DNA from: Eledone cirrhosa
Lineage: Eukaryota
Assembly (NCBI GenBank): GCA_964016885.1
Contig: OZ024756.1
Location: 23,498,001 to 23,562,000 of the forward strand
Length of the DNA stretch: 64,000 nt
Reading direction: 5' to 3'
A program made the position numbers and the translations under genes. Positions 43,939 to 57,780 of this stretch are shown piece after piece (within the stretch, counting starts at the first letter, position 1; each line of letters begins with the position of its first letter). The notes under the pieces are model-generated. The model ran no database searches and was not told the DNA's origin. It worked only from the letters and a program-made list of their open reading frames with translations.

Positions 43939-44565
43939 ACCGGGGTAACCACAGTAAGTATGGTACTCAAAACATTAGTAGAGTGTAGACATCAAATTTA
44001 ATATAAAATGTTTTCTACAAGACTTGAAATATTTCATTCGGAGAAAATCATCAGCAACGCCAACTGTCATTGTAACACGGTGGTATTTATATGTTTTCCT
44101 GTGATTTTGAGGATGTGTAGAGGTCATAGGACACGATATTTTAAAGAATAGGGAATCTTTGAAAAGACTATTTTAGAGATATATACTATAATACAATGAC
44201 ACAGATAAAAAGTACTGATCACATTCACACAAATAACTAGAGATACTCATACATACAAACAGCCACACATTTATTTAAAGTTTATTTATTCTAAGTAAAA
44301 AGAGGTTTCATTGAGTGATTGAATTGTTAGGCTCTTGTCAAATAATTATTGGTACCAATTCGTGGGTTTGTGGTTGGTTTGGATGGTGCGGGGCTTGGAA
44401 TATAGCAGAAGCGGGCCGCTAGGTTTGTGATGAGTTGATTGAGGTCTGTTAGAAAGTTCTGCTGGAACATGCCACTACTGACGGTAGATTATGGTAGTTG
44501 GCGGAAGAAGACAGGATTAGATTCAGGGGCAATGGTCGTGAAGCTGAGGTTGATAGGTGCCGGTC
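43937..44565 (-). mobile_element. Old family A-like PLE remnant: tail, decayed hammerhead (44010-44058) and possible ORF relic
   Basis: Tail matches the family A tail; minus CTGATGA TTTTCTCCGAAT GAAA; upstream frame [30 protein letters not shown] with one stop. Confidence 0.45.
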
Positions 44566-44758
44566 AGAGTAATGTGGTGGTGGTGGTGATGGTGGTGATG
44601 TTGCGGAGGAGTGGATACAAGAGACAGTAGGTGGAACCAAGTGAGGATAGAGATAGTGTAGGAAGAAGTTGGGGAACAAAAGATGTAGTAATATATAAGT
44701 AATATATACACACACACGCACACACACATACAGATACACATATACAGACACATACATA

Positions 44759-44814
<56 letters not shown>

Positions 44815-44828
44815 ATATATGTATATAT

Positions 44829-44895
<67 letters not shown>

Positions 44896-45007
44896 CGTAT
44901 ATACACATAAACGCGCATATACATGCACATATCTCTCACTATACCTATCTACCTAATTTTATAAATATGAATATCATATTATATACATGTATATATATAT
45001 ATATATA

Positions 45008-45174
<167 letters not shown>

Positions 45175-45254
45175 TTATTTATTTATTTATATGACGATCG
45201 ACTTTCGTCAAATCATACCGAGGAAACAATATTTCAGTTGGTCTTTCCAATTGG

Positions 45255-45325
<71 letters not shown>

Positions 45326-45509
45326 TAGATATATATGCTGACACATACCTGTATATGAATATATGAAAAGCTTCAGGACCCCGACGGTGTTTTATCTCTA
45401 CCTATCTGGCATATATATATGTATACATATATATATATATTATATATATTATATTAGATACATATGCTATATATATAGATATATAAATATAATAGACATA
45501 CACATATAC

Positions 45510-45649
<140 letters not shown>

Positions 45650-45679
45650 TTATATATATATATAATATACATATACCTA

Positions 45680-45726
<47 letters not shown>

Positions 45727-46044
45727 CATATGCCTATTTGTTTATATATATATATATAATTTTAATATACATATACCTATTTGCATATATATATACATAT
45801 ATATATATATAATATACATATGTGTGTATATATATATGTATATATGTATATATATATATTATATACATATACATAAGTGTATATATATTTTATACATATA
45901 CCTAGGTGTATATATATATGTATATATTATATACATATACCTGCGTGTATCTAAATATGTATATTATATACATATACCTATGTATATATATATATATCAT
46001 ATAGATATACCTATGTCTATATATATATATACCTTTATATGTAT

Positions 46045-46122
<78 letters not shown>

Positions 46123-46720
46123 ATACATATATATATATATGTATTATATATATATATATATATATATTAAATATATATATACTTCTATTAAATATATATA
46201 TGTATTAAATATATATACACATGTATTACATATATATATACATGTATTATATATATATATATGTATTATATGTATATATATGTGTCATATACATATAAGT
46301 ATTATATATATTTATCGGTTTTATATATATATATACCTTATATATATTGTATATACATACACCTTATATGTATTATATGTATGTACGTATTATATATATA
46401 TGTATTATATATGTATCTAATATATATTATATATATATATGTTATATGTATATATATATATATTATATATATATATATATAAATATATGCATATATATAT
46501 ATATTATATACATAAGCTTATATATATATTTACATACATATATAAATATATATATATATATTATATACATATGCCTATATATATATACATATATATTATA
46601 CACATATGCCTATATATATATATATATATTCATATATATAGATATATATATATATATATTCATATATATATATAGTAGTAATAATAAATGTGAAGACTAA
46701 AATCCGTAGAAGGCTCAATA

Positions 46721-46771
46721 AGTTTCAGAAGATCCCGTTAAGGGTGAAAGCAGCGATTCTTTGCTTAAACT
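46721..46771 (+). ncRNA. Hammerhead ribozyme family C (U4A core)
   Basis: Identical to 42996-43046. Confidence 0.75.
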
Positions 46772-46938
46772 TTAATCTATATTTTAATAAATATATATAT
46801 TCATATATATATAGATACATACATATATATATATATTTGCCAATATATAAATATATGCCTATATATATGTGTATATATATATATATATATATACATATAT
46901 GTATATATATCATATACATATGCCTATATATATTATGA

Positions 46939-46969
<31 letters not shown>

Positions 46970-47329
46970 TATACACATATGCCTATATATATATTATATA
47001 CATATGCCTATATATATATATTATGTACATAGGCCTATGTACATATATACTATATATATATTATATACATATGCCTATATATATATATTATGTACATAGG
47101 CCTATGTACATATATACTATATATATATATATTATATATATATATATGCCTATATATATAATATATATATATTATATACCTATGCCCATATATATATATA
47201 TATATATTATATACATATATATATATTATATACATACATATATATATATTATATACATATGCCTATATATATAATATAAATTATATATATAATATAAAAT
47301 ATATATATATATTTATATATATATATATA

Positions 47330-47516
<187 letters not shown>

Positions 47517-47581
47517 TAGATATAGATATAGATATATATATATATGTATATAGATATATATATAGATATATATGTGTGTGT

Positions 47582-47636
<55 letters not shown>

Positions 47637-47639
47637 TAG

Positions 47640-47940
47640 ATACACGAAGCAAAGTATCATGAAAGTTGAAGCACCCCAAAGATCGATCACATGCCCTGAC
47701 TATTGGAGTCGATTAGAAAAGCTCAACCTTTATTCTCTGAAACGTCGCCGTGAGCGCTACATTATCTGCATGATGTGGAAAATATTCCATCAGCTTTGCT
47801 CAAATGAATTTGGCATCACTTTTAATGTACACCCAAGGCTTGGGCCCCGTGCTATCCGCCCACGACAAGAATCTCACTCGCATCTCATAACAACAATACG
47901 GCACACTCAATTGGCCCTGCTCTCTTTAACATTACACCAA
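47640..47940 (+). mobile_element. CR1-group LINE ORF2 C-terminal fragment
   Basis: [29 protein letters not shown] matches the Y..RL..L.L.SL..RR.R motif that follows the RT domain in CR1-group LINEs. Confidence 0.75.
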
Positions 47941-47946
47941 AACACA

Positions 47947-47993
47947 TGCTCCGATGATTCCAGACATTCGTCTGGAAGAAACAATTGTCACCA
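47947..47993 (+). ncRNA. Hammerhead ribozyme-like, family J (CCGATGA core)
   Basis: TGCT CCGATGA TTCCAGAC ATTC GTCTGGAA GAA ACAATTGT C ACCA; GUC site, perfect 8-bp stem II. Confidence 0.65.
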
Positions 47994-48020
47994 ATTAAAT
48001 GTATTGAACTAAGTCTTGAT

Positions 48021-48097
<77 letters not shown>

Positions 48098-48354
48098 TAT
48101 ATAGATAGATCGATAGATAGATATATATATTAATATATATATATATATAATATATGTAGGTATATATAAAATATATATATATATATATAATATAGATATG
48201 TATATATATAATATCTATAGATAATATAGATACATATATAGATATATAATATACAGATGTATATATAGATATATATATAATATATAGATATATATATATA
48301 TATATATATATGTGTATATATGATATATATATATGTATATATATATATAATATG

Positions 48355-48387
<33 letters not shown>

Positions 48388-48864
48388 GTATGTATATATA
48401 TATATATATATATTTGTATTTCGGCTCCTTATCTATTGAGCTTATAAAAATGAGTGTAAATAGGCTATTATTTCTAGCATCACCACTCGCACCGCATATG
48501 ACTTTCAACGCACGAGGTGTAAACTTTAGTGAGTTTATTGTTATAGGTGTTATGTAACATTTAGTCTTATCTCATGCTGACGAAATGCCTACGGATTACT
48601 TGTTATAAACACGATTCATTCAGGGCGAAATAGATAAAATCTTTAGTCTGTCCGGGAGATGAAATGGTTATTGATATGGTATGTATGAGAAATCTTGTAA
48701 GAAATCTCGTAACATCCCATATGATTCAGGTTGAAGGATATATAACATTTGTGGTGTAATCTACCCTCGTACTTTTAGACACGGGTTTACTGTGTTTACT
48801 TCTACACATATTAATATATATATATATATATATAATATATATATATGCATATATATATAATATA

Positions 48865-48910
<46 letters not shown>

Positions 48911-49032
48911 CATATGTATATATATATATATATATACATATATATATTATATATATATGCATATATATATTATATATTATATATATATATATATATAAAT
49001 ATATATATGCATATATATATAATATATATATG

Positions 49033-49116
<84 letters not shown>

Positions 49117-49229
49117 CATATATATATACATATATATATATATATACACATATATATACACATATACACATATATATATATGCATATATATATATATATA
49201 CACATATATATACACATATACACATATAT

Positions 49230-49284
<55 letters not shown>

Positions 49285-49612
49285 ATATTCAGTTCTTTTT
49301 GGTTTCTACGTTAAACAATCTTATTTCCTTTAATCAAATCATCTCTTTCTCTCATCATGATAATGATGATGATGATGATGATGAGGATCACGAGGAGAGA
49401 AGAGGAGGAAGAGAAGTAACCTGCTACCATCACTGCTGCTGATGATGATGAAGAGGAGGAGGTGGAGGAGAATGTTGAACTGAAGGTGGAGGAGGAGTTG
49501 GAATGAGATAATTGCTAACATGGTCATTTTGTTTATGCCAATGATTATGATGGTATGGTGGAGGATGTTTATGCTGAGGGCGTTGGCGGTGGTTGTTGTG
49601 ATGGCGTGGTGG

Positions 49613-49643
<31 letters not shown>

Positions 49644-49774
49644 GATGACGGTGATGCTACTTAATGAGCGTTTTGTAAACCGACAAGCAATTAAACTGTT
49701 AATCGCTGTAATTCTACTAAATACCCATCGTATCGCCTCTTCGGAATTTTTCTATATTCTTCCGCCATCCCGCC

Positions 49775-50650
49775 CCCCACCCACAACACTACCACCGCCA
49801 CCAACAACACTACCATCGCCACCAACAACAACACTACCATCGCCACCAACAACACTACCATCGCCACCAACAACACTACCATCGCCACCAACAACAACAC
49901 TACCATCGCCACCAACAACAACACTACCATCAACACTAACAACAATACTACCAACAACACTACCATCACCAACAACAACACTACCATCACCGCCACCAAC
50001 AACACTACCATCGCCACCATCAACACTACCACCGCCACCATCAACACTACCATCGCCACCATCAACACTACCACCGCCACCATCAACACTACCATCACCA
50101 ACAACAAAACTACCACCGCCACCATCAACACTACCACCGCCACCAACAACACTACCATCACCAACAACAACACTACCATCACCACCAACAACAACACTAC
50201 CATCACCGCCACCAGCAACACTACCACCGCCACCAACAACACTACCATCACCAACAACAACACTACCATCACCGTCACCAGCAACACTACCACCGCCACC
50301 AACAACACTACCATCACCAACAACAACACTACCACCGCCACCAACAACACTACCATCACCAACAACAACACTACCACCACCACCAACAACAACACTACCA
50401 CCGCCACCAACAACCCTATCATCACCAACAACAACACTACCATCACCACCAACAACAACACTACCATCACCACCAACAACAACACTACCACCGCCACCAA
50501 CAACCCTACCATCACCACCAACAACAACACTCCCATCGCCACCAACAACCCTACCATCACCACCAACAACAACACTACCACCGCCACCAACAACCCTACC
50601 ATCACCACCAACAACAACACTCCCATCGCCACCACCGCCACCACCATCCG
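49775..50650. repeat. 21/24-bp minisatellite (acactaccatcaccaccaaca)
   Basis: Tandem units; the TLPSPPT ORF is the repeat itself. Confidence 0.9.
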
Positions 50651-50745
50651 CAAGTAATCAATGAAAATTATTTTTTTAAATCTCTTTTACCAATATCGAA
50701 ATTATGACAAATAAAATTGTAGTTGTTGTTGTTGTTTAGTTGTAG

Positions 50746-50783
<38 letters not shown>

Positions 50784-50877
50784 ACTGTTGGTATTGTTGA
50801 TGGATATGCTTATAGTTAATTTTGTCTGATTTCTTCTTTTTCATCTTCTTCTTCATCTTCATCATCATCATCCCACC

Positions 50878-52045
50878 GAAGTTTGTTTCGCCTTTCATCC
50901 TTGCCGGGTCGATAGAATAAAGTACCAGTAATGCACTAGGGTCGATTTAATAGACTTTCCCTTTCATCCCAAAAAATTGTTGGCCTTGTGCCTAAATCAG
51001 AAACCATTATTAAACATACGTTCTGAGTTCAAATCCCGCCGAGGTTAACTTTGCCTTTCATCCTTACGGGGTCGATAATATGAAGTACCAGTAATGCACT
51101 GGTATAATTGCTGGCCTTGTGCCAAAAGTAAAAACAATTATTATTATTATTATTATTATTATAAAGGGCGGTGGATTGGCAGGCAGTATTGGTAGAAGGT
51201 CGCACGCCATGCTTTGCAGCATAGAGTTACGGCCCTTTATGGTCTGAGTTCAAATCCCGCCGGGGTTAACTTTGCCTGTTATCCTTACGGGGTCGATAAA
51301 ATAAAGTACCAGTAATGCACTGGCATAATTGCTGGCCTTGTGCCAAAAGTAGAAATAATAATTATCATTATAAAGGTGGTGCAATTGGTAGGGGCTCGGG
51401 CTCCATGCTTTGTGACATAAAGTTACGACTGCATACGTTCTGAGTTCAAATCCCGCGGAGGTTAGCTTTGCCTTTCATCCTTACGAGATCGATAAAATAA
51501 AGTACCAGTCACGCACTGGGGTCGATTTAAACGACTTTCCCCTCCCCCAAAATTGCTGGCCTTGTGCCTATATAAGAAACCATTATTATTATTATTGTAA
51601 GGACGGTGAATTGGCAGAATCGGTAGAGGGTCGTACGCCATGCTTTGACGCATAGAGTTACGGCCCTTGCCATTCTGAGTTCAAATCCCGCCGAGGTTAA
51701 CTTTGCCTTTCATCCTTACGGGGATCGATAAAATAAAGTACCAGTCACGCACTGGGATCGATTTAATCGACATCCCCTTCTCCCCCCCCCCTCCAATTGC
51801 TGGCCCTGTGCCTATATAATAAACCATTATTATTATTATTTGGGGTCGATAAAATAAAGTACCAGTAATGTACTGGGATAATTGCTGGCCTTGTGCCAAA
51901 AGTAGAAACAATTATTATTATTATTATTATCATTATTTGCTTTCCCTCCTTTCGAGATCAATAAAATAAAGTACCAGTCAAGTACTGGGGATCGATTTAA
52001 TCAACTTTCTCTTCCCTTTCAAACTGCCGGCATTGTGCCAAACGT
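50878..52045 (+). mobile_element. Head-to-tail cluster of about 7 SINE copies/fragments separated by (ATT)n
   Basis: Repeated GCCTTTCATCCTT..GATAAAATAAAGTACCAG..GGCCTTGTGCC. Confidence 0.9.
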
Positions 52046-52277
52046 GTTTATTATTGTTGTTGTTGTGGCTGTTTTTCGTTATCTCTGTGATATTTTTCTG
52101 TCTTTCCTTGGCCCATGTGACCAAAGAAAGAGATAATTAGAACTACTACTACTACTACTACTACCACCAATAATACTACTACTACTACTGCTGTTACTGT
52201 TGTTGTTGTTTCTGATATGGCGGTGCTGGTGGCAATTTAAAAGATTCTTAGTTGTAATTGCGGTAAAATGTTATATG

Positions 52278-52332
<55 letters not shown>

Positions 52333-52689
52333 ATATATATATATATATCCATATATATATATATATTATTTTATTGTTAATTGGCGCTAGTTATCCAATA
52401 ATTTCCAGAGGAACAAGCAATTAATGAAAGCATTCCCTTCCACAAACACACACCCCAGCCACCACCACCACACTCATACCCCCCTCCCCCTCTCCTCCTT
52501 CCGCTCCTCCTCAAACACCTCCATCATGCCCCACCCCATATCAACACCCTCCTATCACATACATCGACAGCACATTAAACCACACAAATTTGCACCCCGC
52601 ACCCTCACATACCACGTACCATGCCGCCCCCATCGCCACTAAGATTCTACCTTCTCCTCCAATCTTTTCGTTAGACATTTCGAAGATTT

Positions 52690-53485
52690 CAACCATCACC
52701 ATCACCATCAACACCACCACCACCATCAACACCACCACCACCGTAACCAACAACTTCAGTACCTCCACCAACACCACAACCACAACAACAACAGCAATAA
52801 CTTCAGTACCACCACCACCACCGTCACAATCAACAACAACAACAACAACAACAACAGCAGCAATAACTTCAGTACCACCACCACCACCATCAACACTACC
52901 ACCACAATCAATAACAACAACAACAACAACAACAACAACAGCAATAACTTCAGTACCACCACCACCAACACCACCATCACAACCAACAACAACAACAACA
53001 ACAACTTCAGTACCACCACCACCACCACCATCAACACTGCCGCCACAATCACCGACAACAACAACAACAACAACAACAGCAGCAACAACAATAACATCAG
53101 TATCATCACTACCATCATAGACAATAACGACAACAGCTGCAACAACAATGACAACACCAACAACACTAAACTACTGTCACAGCTACCACCACTTCTACTA
53201 CCACCACCAACCACCAACCACCACTGCCACCACCACCACCACCACCACCACCACCACCACCATGCCCACCACTGCCACTACCACCACCGCCACCAACCAC
53301 CAACAACACTAAACTACTGTCACAGCTACCACCACTTCTACTACCACCACCAACCACCAACCACCACTGCCACCACCACCACCACCACCACCACCATGCC
53401 CACCACCGCCACTACCACCACCACCACCAACACCAACAACCACCACCACTACCGCTGCCACCACCACTACTACCGCCACCACCCA
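52690..53485. repeat. (CCA)n/(CAA)n low-complexity tract with local duplications
   Basis: Direct inspection. Confidence 0.85.
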
Positions 53486-53605
53486 CCGAGGTAAATTTTG
53501 TCTTTCATCCTTCCCAGGTTGATCAAATAAAATACCAGTCATGCACTAGGGTTTATTTAATCGACTTTCCCGTCCCCAAAATTGCTTCCCTTGTGCTTAA
53601 ATTAC
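53485..53605 (+). mobile_element. SINE 3' fragment (main family)
   Basis: CCGAGGT..CTTTCATCCTT..AAATAAAATACCAG. Confidence 0.7.
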
Positions 53606-53721
53606 AAATCATCATCATCATCACCACCAGTATCATCCCCATCGTCATCATCATCATCACCACCACCATCACTCCAACTATCCATTGAAATTTATTCGGT
53701 AAATCCTTTCTCTTACCACAT

Positions 53722-53791
<70 letters not shown>

Positions 53792-53794
<3 letters not shown>

Positions 53795-53925
53795 CGAAGG
53801 AAATGTGTTAAGGAACCAGGTGGACCATAACGCACCAAAGTACTCAATACTTAGGGTAGTAGAGTGGGTAATAGGAACCAGTAAGACCCCGACGGCTGAG
53901 CTCAAGCCGTTTCGACGGCTAATTC

Positions 53926-53927
<2 letters not shown>
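53792..53927 (-). mobile_element. PLE-like end family H, truncated within stem II
   Basis: Minus: GAATTAGCCGTC GAA ACGGCT TGAGCTC AGCCGT C GGGG plus tail. Confidence 0.7.
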
Positions 53928-53969
<42 letters not shown>

Positions 53970-54048
53970 GATTGCTTTCGTCAAATTGGACCGAGGAAAC
54001 AATGTTTCCGTTGGTCTTTCCAATTGCTAATACTATCTATCGGACGCA

Positions 54049-54182
54049 ACTCCAGGTAGAAGGAGCAACGTGAAATAAAGTGTCTTGCTCAAGGACATAA
54101 CGTATCGCCCGGTCCAGGAATCGAACTTACAACCTCACCATTGTGAATCCAATTCTCTTACCACTCAGCCACGCGCCTTCAC
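54049..54182 (-). mobile_element. Second tRNA-derived SINE family (5' part, CORE-like)
   Basis: Minus: GGCGCGTGGCTGAGTGG (A box), GTTCGATTCC (B box), GTCCTTGAGCAAGACACTT. Confidence 0.75.
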
Positions 54183-54322
54183 GTGTATATGTATATATTT
54201 CTCTCTCATTCTGCCTTTTCTCTCACTCTCTCTCATTCATTATCTCTCACCTTCTCTTTTTCTCTTTTATTCTGTATCTCTAAAACAACCATAGCATTAA
54301 CATCAAACAACAGCAACAATAA

Positions 54323-54829
54323 TAATTGTTTCTACATTTAGGCACAAGGCCAGCAATTACCCAGTACATTACCCAGTACTTTATTTTATCGACCTCCGTA
54401 AGGATGAAAGGCAAAGTTAACCTCGGCGGGATTTGAACTCAGAACGTAAAGGGACGTAACTATGCTGGAAAGCATGTCCGACCCTCTACCGATACTGCCA
54501 ACAATAATAATTGTTTCTACGTTAGGCACAAAGCCAGCAATTACCCAGTGCATTACTGGTACTTTATTTTATCGACCCCGTAAGGATGAAAGGCAAAGTT
54601 AACCTCGGCGGGATTTGAACTCAGAACGTAAAGGGACGTAACTATGCTGGAAAGCATGGCGTCCGACCCTCTACCGATACTGCCAACAATAATAATGATA
54701 TTTGAGTATGGAGAAAGTCGACTAAATTGACCCCAATATATGACTGCTACTTATTTACTTATTGTCTACGGGGAGATGAGATTCAAAGTTGACCTCGGCG
54801 GGATTTAAACAGAGAAGGTAAAGAACTGT

Positions 54830-54890
<61 letters not shown>

Positions 54891-55075
54891 TAATAATGGT
54901 TTCTTATGTAGGCACAAGGTCAGCAAATTTTTTTTTGCGGGGGGGGGTCGATTAAATCAACCCCAGTGCGTGACTGGTACTTTATGTTATCGACCTTGTA
55001 AGAAGGAAAAGCAAAATTAATCTCGGCGGGATTTGAACTCAAACCGAAAAGGGACGTAACTCTATGCGGCAAAGG
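54323..55075 (-). mobile_element. Tandem SINE cluster (4 copies, first two near-identical)
   Basis: 54323-54500 and 54507-54686 are almost identical; older copies follow. Confidence 0.9.
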
Positions 55076-55494
55076 GTTTACATCAAGAAAAACATTAACA
55101 GCATGATAATAATAATAATAATAATAATGGTTTCATTAATATTAATAATAATAATGGTTATAGAGAATAGTTATTATAGAGAAATTCTAGCGTTCGATTT
55201 GATATTGATTAACAAACAAACAACAAACAATACATTTACATAATGTAATTTACACAATAAAACAACACATCCACCATTCCTACCACAACCAACAACACCA
55301 CCACCAACAACAACAAAGAAACATTTAAATAAACAATTGGTGACAAAAATGAGAATAAAAAAACGTAATTAAAATACAAAAAAAAGGTGATAATTCTTAA
55401 ATATAAATAATTATTTAAATTAATTAATAATTGATTAATTAAGTATTAATTACATAAATAAATATATAAATAAATAAATAAAACAAGAAATTAC

Positions 55495-55546
55495 CAAATT
55501 TCGACGTTGGCTCTACTTGATGATAATCCTCCGGTTTAAAAAACGT
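55495..55546 (-). CDS. Possible micro-exon, unknown product
   Basis: Minus: pyrimidine tract..TAG | TFFKPEDYHQVEPTSKF G | GTAATT. Confidence 0.2.
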
Positions 55547-55913
55547 CTACATAGCGTTGTAAAGACAGAAAGACAGTGAGGTAATGTTGAGGCTGATTTA
55601 AATCACTGTTTACCCTGGTTAGCTCAATTGTTGGGCTTCACTTTCGCTTTTGGTTTCAGTGATTCTTTAACTTTAGATTATCTCCCTCTCCACCGGGGGA
55701 AGAAATTAACGAAGGGTTGTGCGATAGGCTTGCTGAGGGAAAGGCAGAGGGATATATATATGTGTGTCTGTGTGTGTGTTTGTGTGTGTGTGTAAGTGAG
55801 AGAGAGAGAAAGCATGTGAGTGTGAATATATTCTGTTTGTATGTACGTGTATATATATATATATATATATATATTTATTTATATTTGTGTGTGTGTGTAT
55901 GTATGTATATATA

Positions 55914-55975
<62 letters not shown>

Positions 55976-55999
55976 TGTGTGTGTGTTTATATTTATGTA

Positions 56000-56717
56000 A
56001 ATATGTATGTACGTACGTATGTGTGTAAACGTATGTATGGATTTATTAACATATATATGTATGTATATATATGTATATATGTACGTATGTATGTGTTTCT
56101 TTATGCATGTACGTGTATGTATGTATGTACGTATGTATGTACGTGTATGTATGTAGGTATATACGTACGTATGTATGTACGTACGTATGTATATATGTAT
56201 GTATGTATGTATGTATATATGTATGTACGTACGTACGTATGTATATATGTATGTTTATATGTATGTATTTACGTATGTATGTATGTACGTACGTATGTAT
56301 ATATGTATGTATCTATGTATATATGTATGTACGTATGTATGTATGTACGTATGTATATATGTATGTATGTATGTATATATGTATGTACGTATGTATGTAT
56401 GTACGTACGTATGTATATATGTATGTATGTATCTATATATGTATGTACGTATGTATGTATGTACGTACGTATGTATATATGTATGTATGTACGTATGTAT
56501 GTATGTACGTATGTATGTATGTATGTACGTACGTATGTATATATGTATGTATGTATGTATATATGTATGTATGTACGTACGTATGTATATATGTATGTAT
56601 GTATATATGTATGTATATATGTATGTATGTACGTATGTATGTATGTACGTACGTATGTATATATGTATGTATATATATGTGTATGTATATATGTATGTAC
56701 GTACGTATGTATGTATG
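56000..56717. repeat. (TATG)n/(TACG)n tetranucleotide repeat
   Basis: Direct inspection. Confidence 0.9.
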
Positions 56718-56954
56718 CTTATTTAAATATCCGCCGGGAGATGGTGTGACGTCGGTGGGCTGGTTGTGTTGTGGCGAATCGATCGAAGTATTTTGATGTT
56801 TCAACACACACTGTTTATATCGTCGAATCCGATTCGAGTGGCAATAAATCCATTTCGGCGGCGTTTGTACTGACTGCAATGGTTAATGGTTAATGGGGAT
56901 GGTGGTAGTGGTGGTTAAGGGGTAGCGGCTGACGTATTGGTCGGTGTTGCTGGT

Positions 56955-57780
56955 GATGGGACAATTGTGTTTGTGGTTGTTGGTGGTTGTTGCTGGTTGT
57001 GGTGGCGGTGTAACGGTTGTAGTGATGTTGGTTGGTGGTGGTTGTGATGTGGTGGTCGTGTTGGTGTTGGTGTTGGTGTTGGGACAATGATGTTTGTGGT
57101 TGTTGGTGGTTGTTGCTGGTTGTGGTGGCGGTGTAACGGTTGTAGTGATGTTGGTTGGTGGTGGTTGTGATGGTGGTGGTCGTGTTCGTGTTGGTGTTGG
57201 TGTTGGTGGTGGGACAATGATGTTTGTGGTTGTTGGTGGTTGTTGCTAGTTGTGGAGGTGGTGTAACGGTTGTAGCGGTGTTGGTTGGTGGTGGTTGTGA
57301 TGGTGGTGGTCGTGTTGGTGTTGGTGTTGGTGGTGGGACAATGATGTTTGTGGTTGTTGGTGGTTGTTGCTAGTTGTGGAGGTGGTGTAATGGTTGTAGT
57401 GATGTTGGTTGGTGGTGGTTGTGATGGTGGTGGTCGTGTTCGTGTTGGTGTTGGTGTTGGTGGTGGGACAATGATGTTTGTGGTTGTTGCTGGTTGTGGT
57501 GGTGGTGTAATGGTTGTAGCGGTGTTGGTTGGTGATGGTCGTGGTGGTGGTGTAATGGTTGTAGTGGTGTTGGTTGGTGATGGTGTTGGTGGTGGTTGTG
57601 ATAGTGACGGTGGTATTGGTGCTGGTGGAGAGACAATGCTGTTTGTGGTTGTTGGGGGTTGTTGGGGTGGTGTAATGGTTGTAGTGGTGTTGGTTGTGAT
57701 GGGGGTGGTGTTGGTGAGACAAGGGTGTTTGTGGTTATTGGGGGTTGTGGTGGTGCTGTAATGGTTGTAGTGATGGCTGG
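56955..57780. repeat. ~120-bp higher-order tandem repeat built from GGT/GTT triplets
   Basis: gggacaatgatgtttgtggttgttgg recurs at ~120-130 bp spacing. Confidence 0.85.

Noticed and set aside
48577-48640. CTGACGA...GGCGAAA hammerhead candidate
   Set aside because: Stem I does not pair and stem II is out of register
49555-50664. 369-aa Pro/Thr-rich mucin- or extensin-like ORF
   Set aside because: It is a 21/24-bp minisatellite that is also open on the opposite strand; no splice or domain evidence
53966-54035. Hairpin plus GACGAAAG on minus (second copy 45191-45260) as a hammerhead
   Set aside because: No 5' core in either copy, and the putative stem III differs between copies
54100-54180. 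tRNA gene
   Set aside because: A/B boxes belong to a SINE head; no complete cloverleaf, and the SINE body follows
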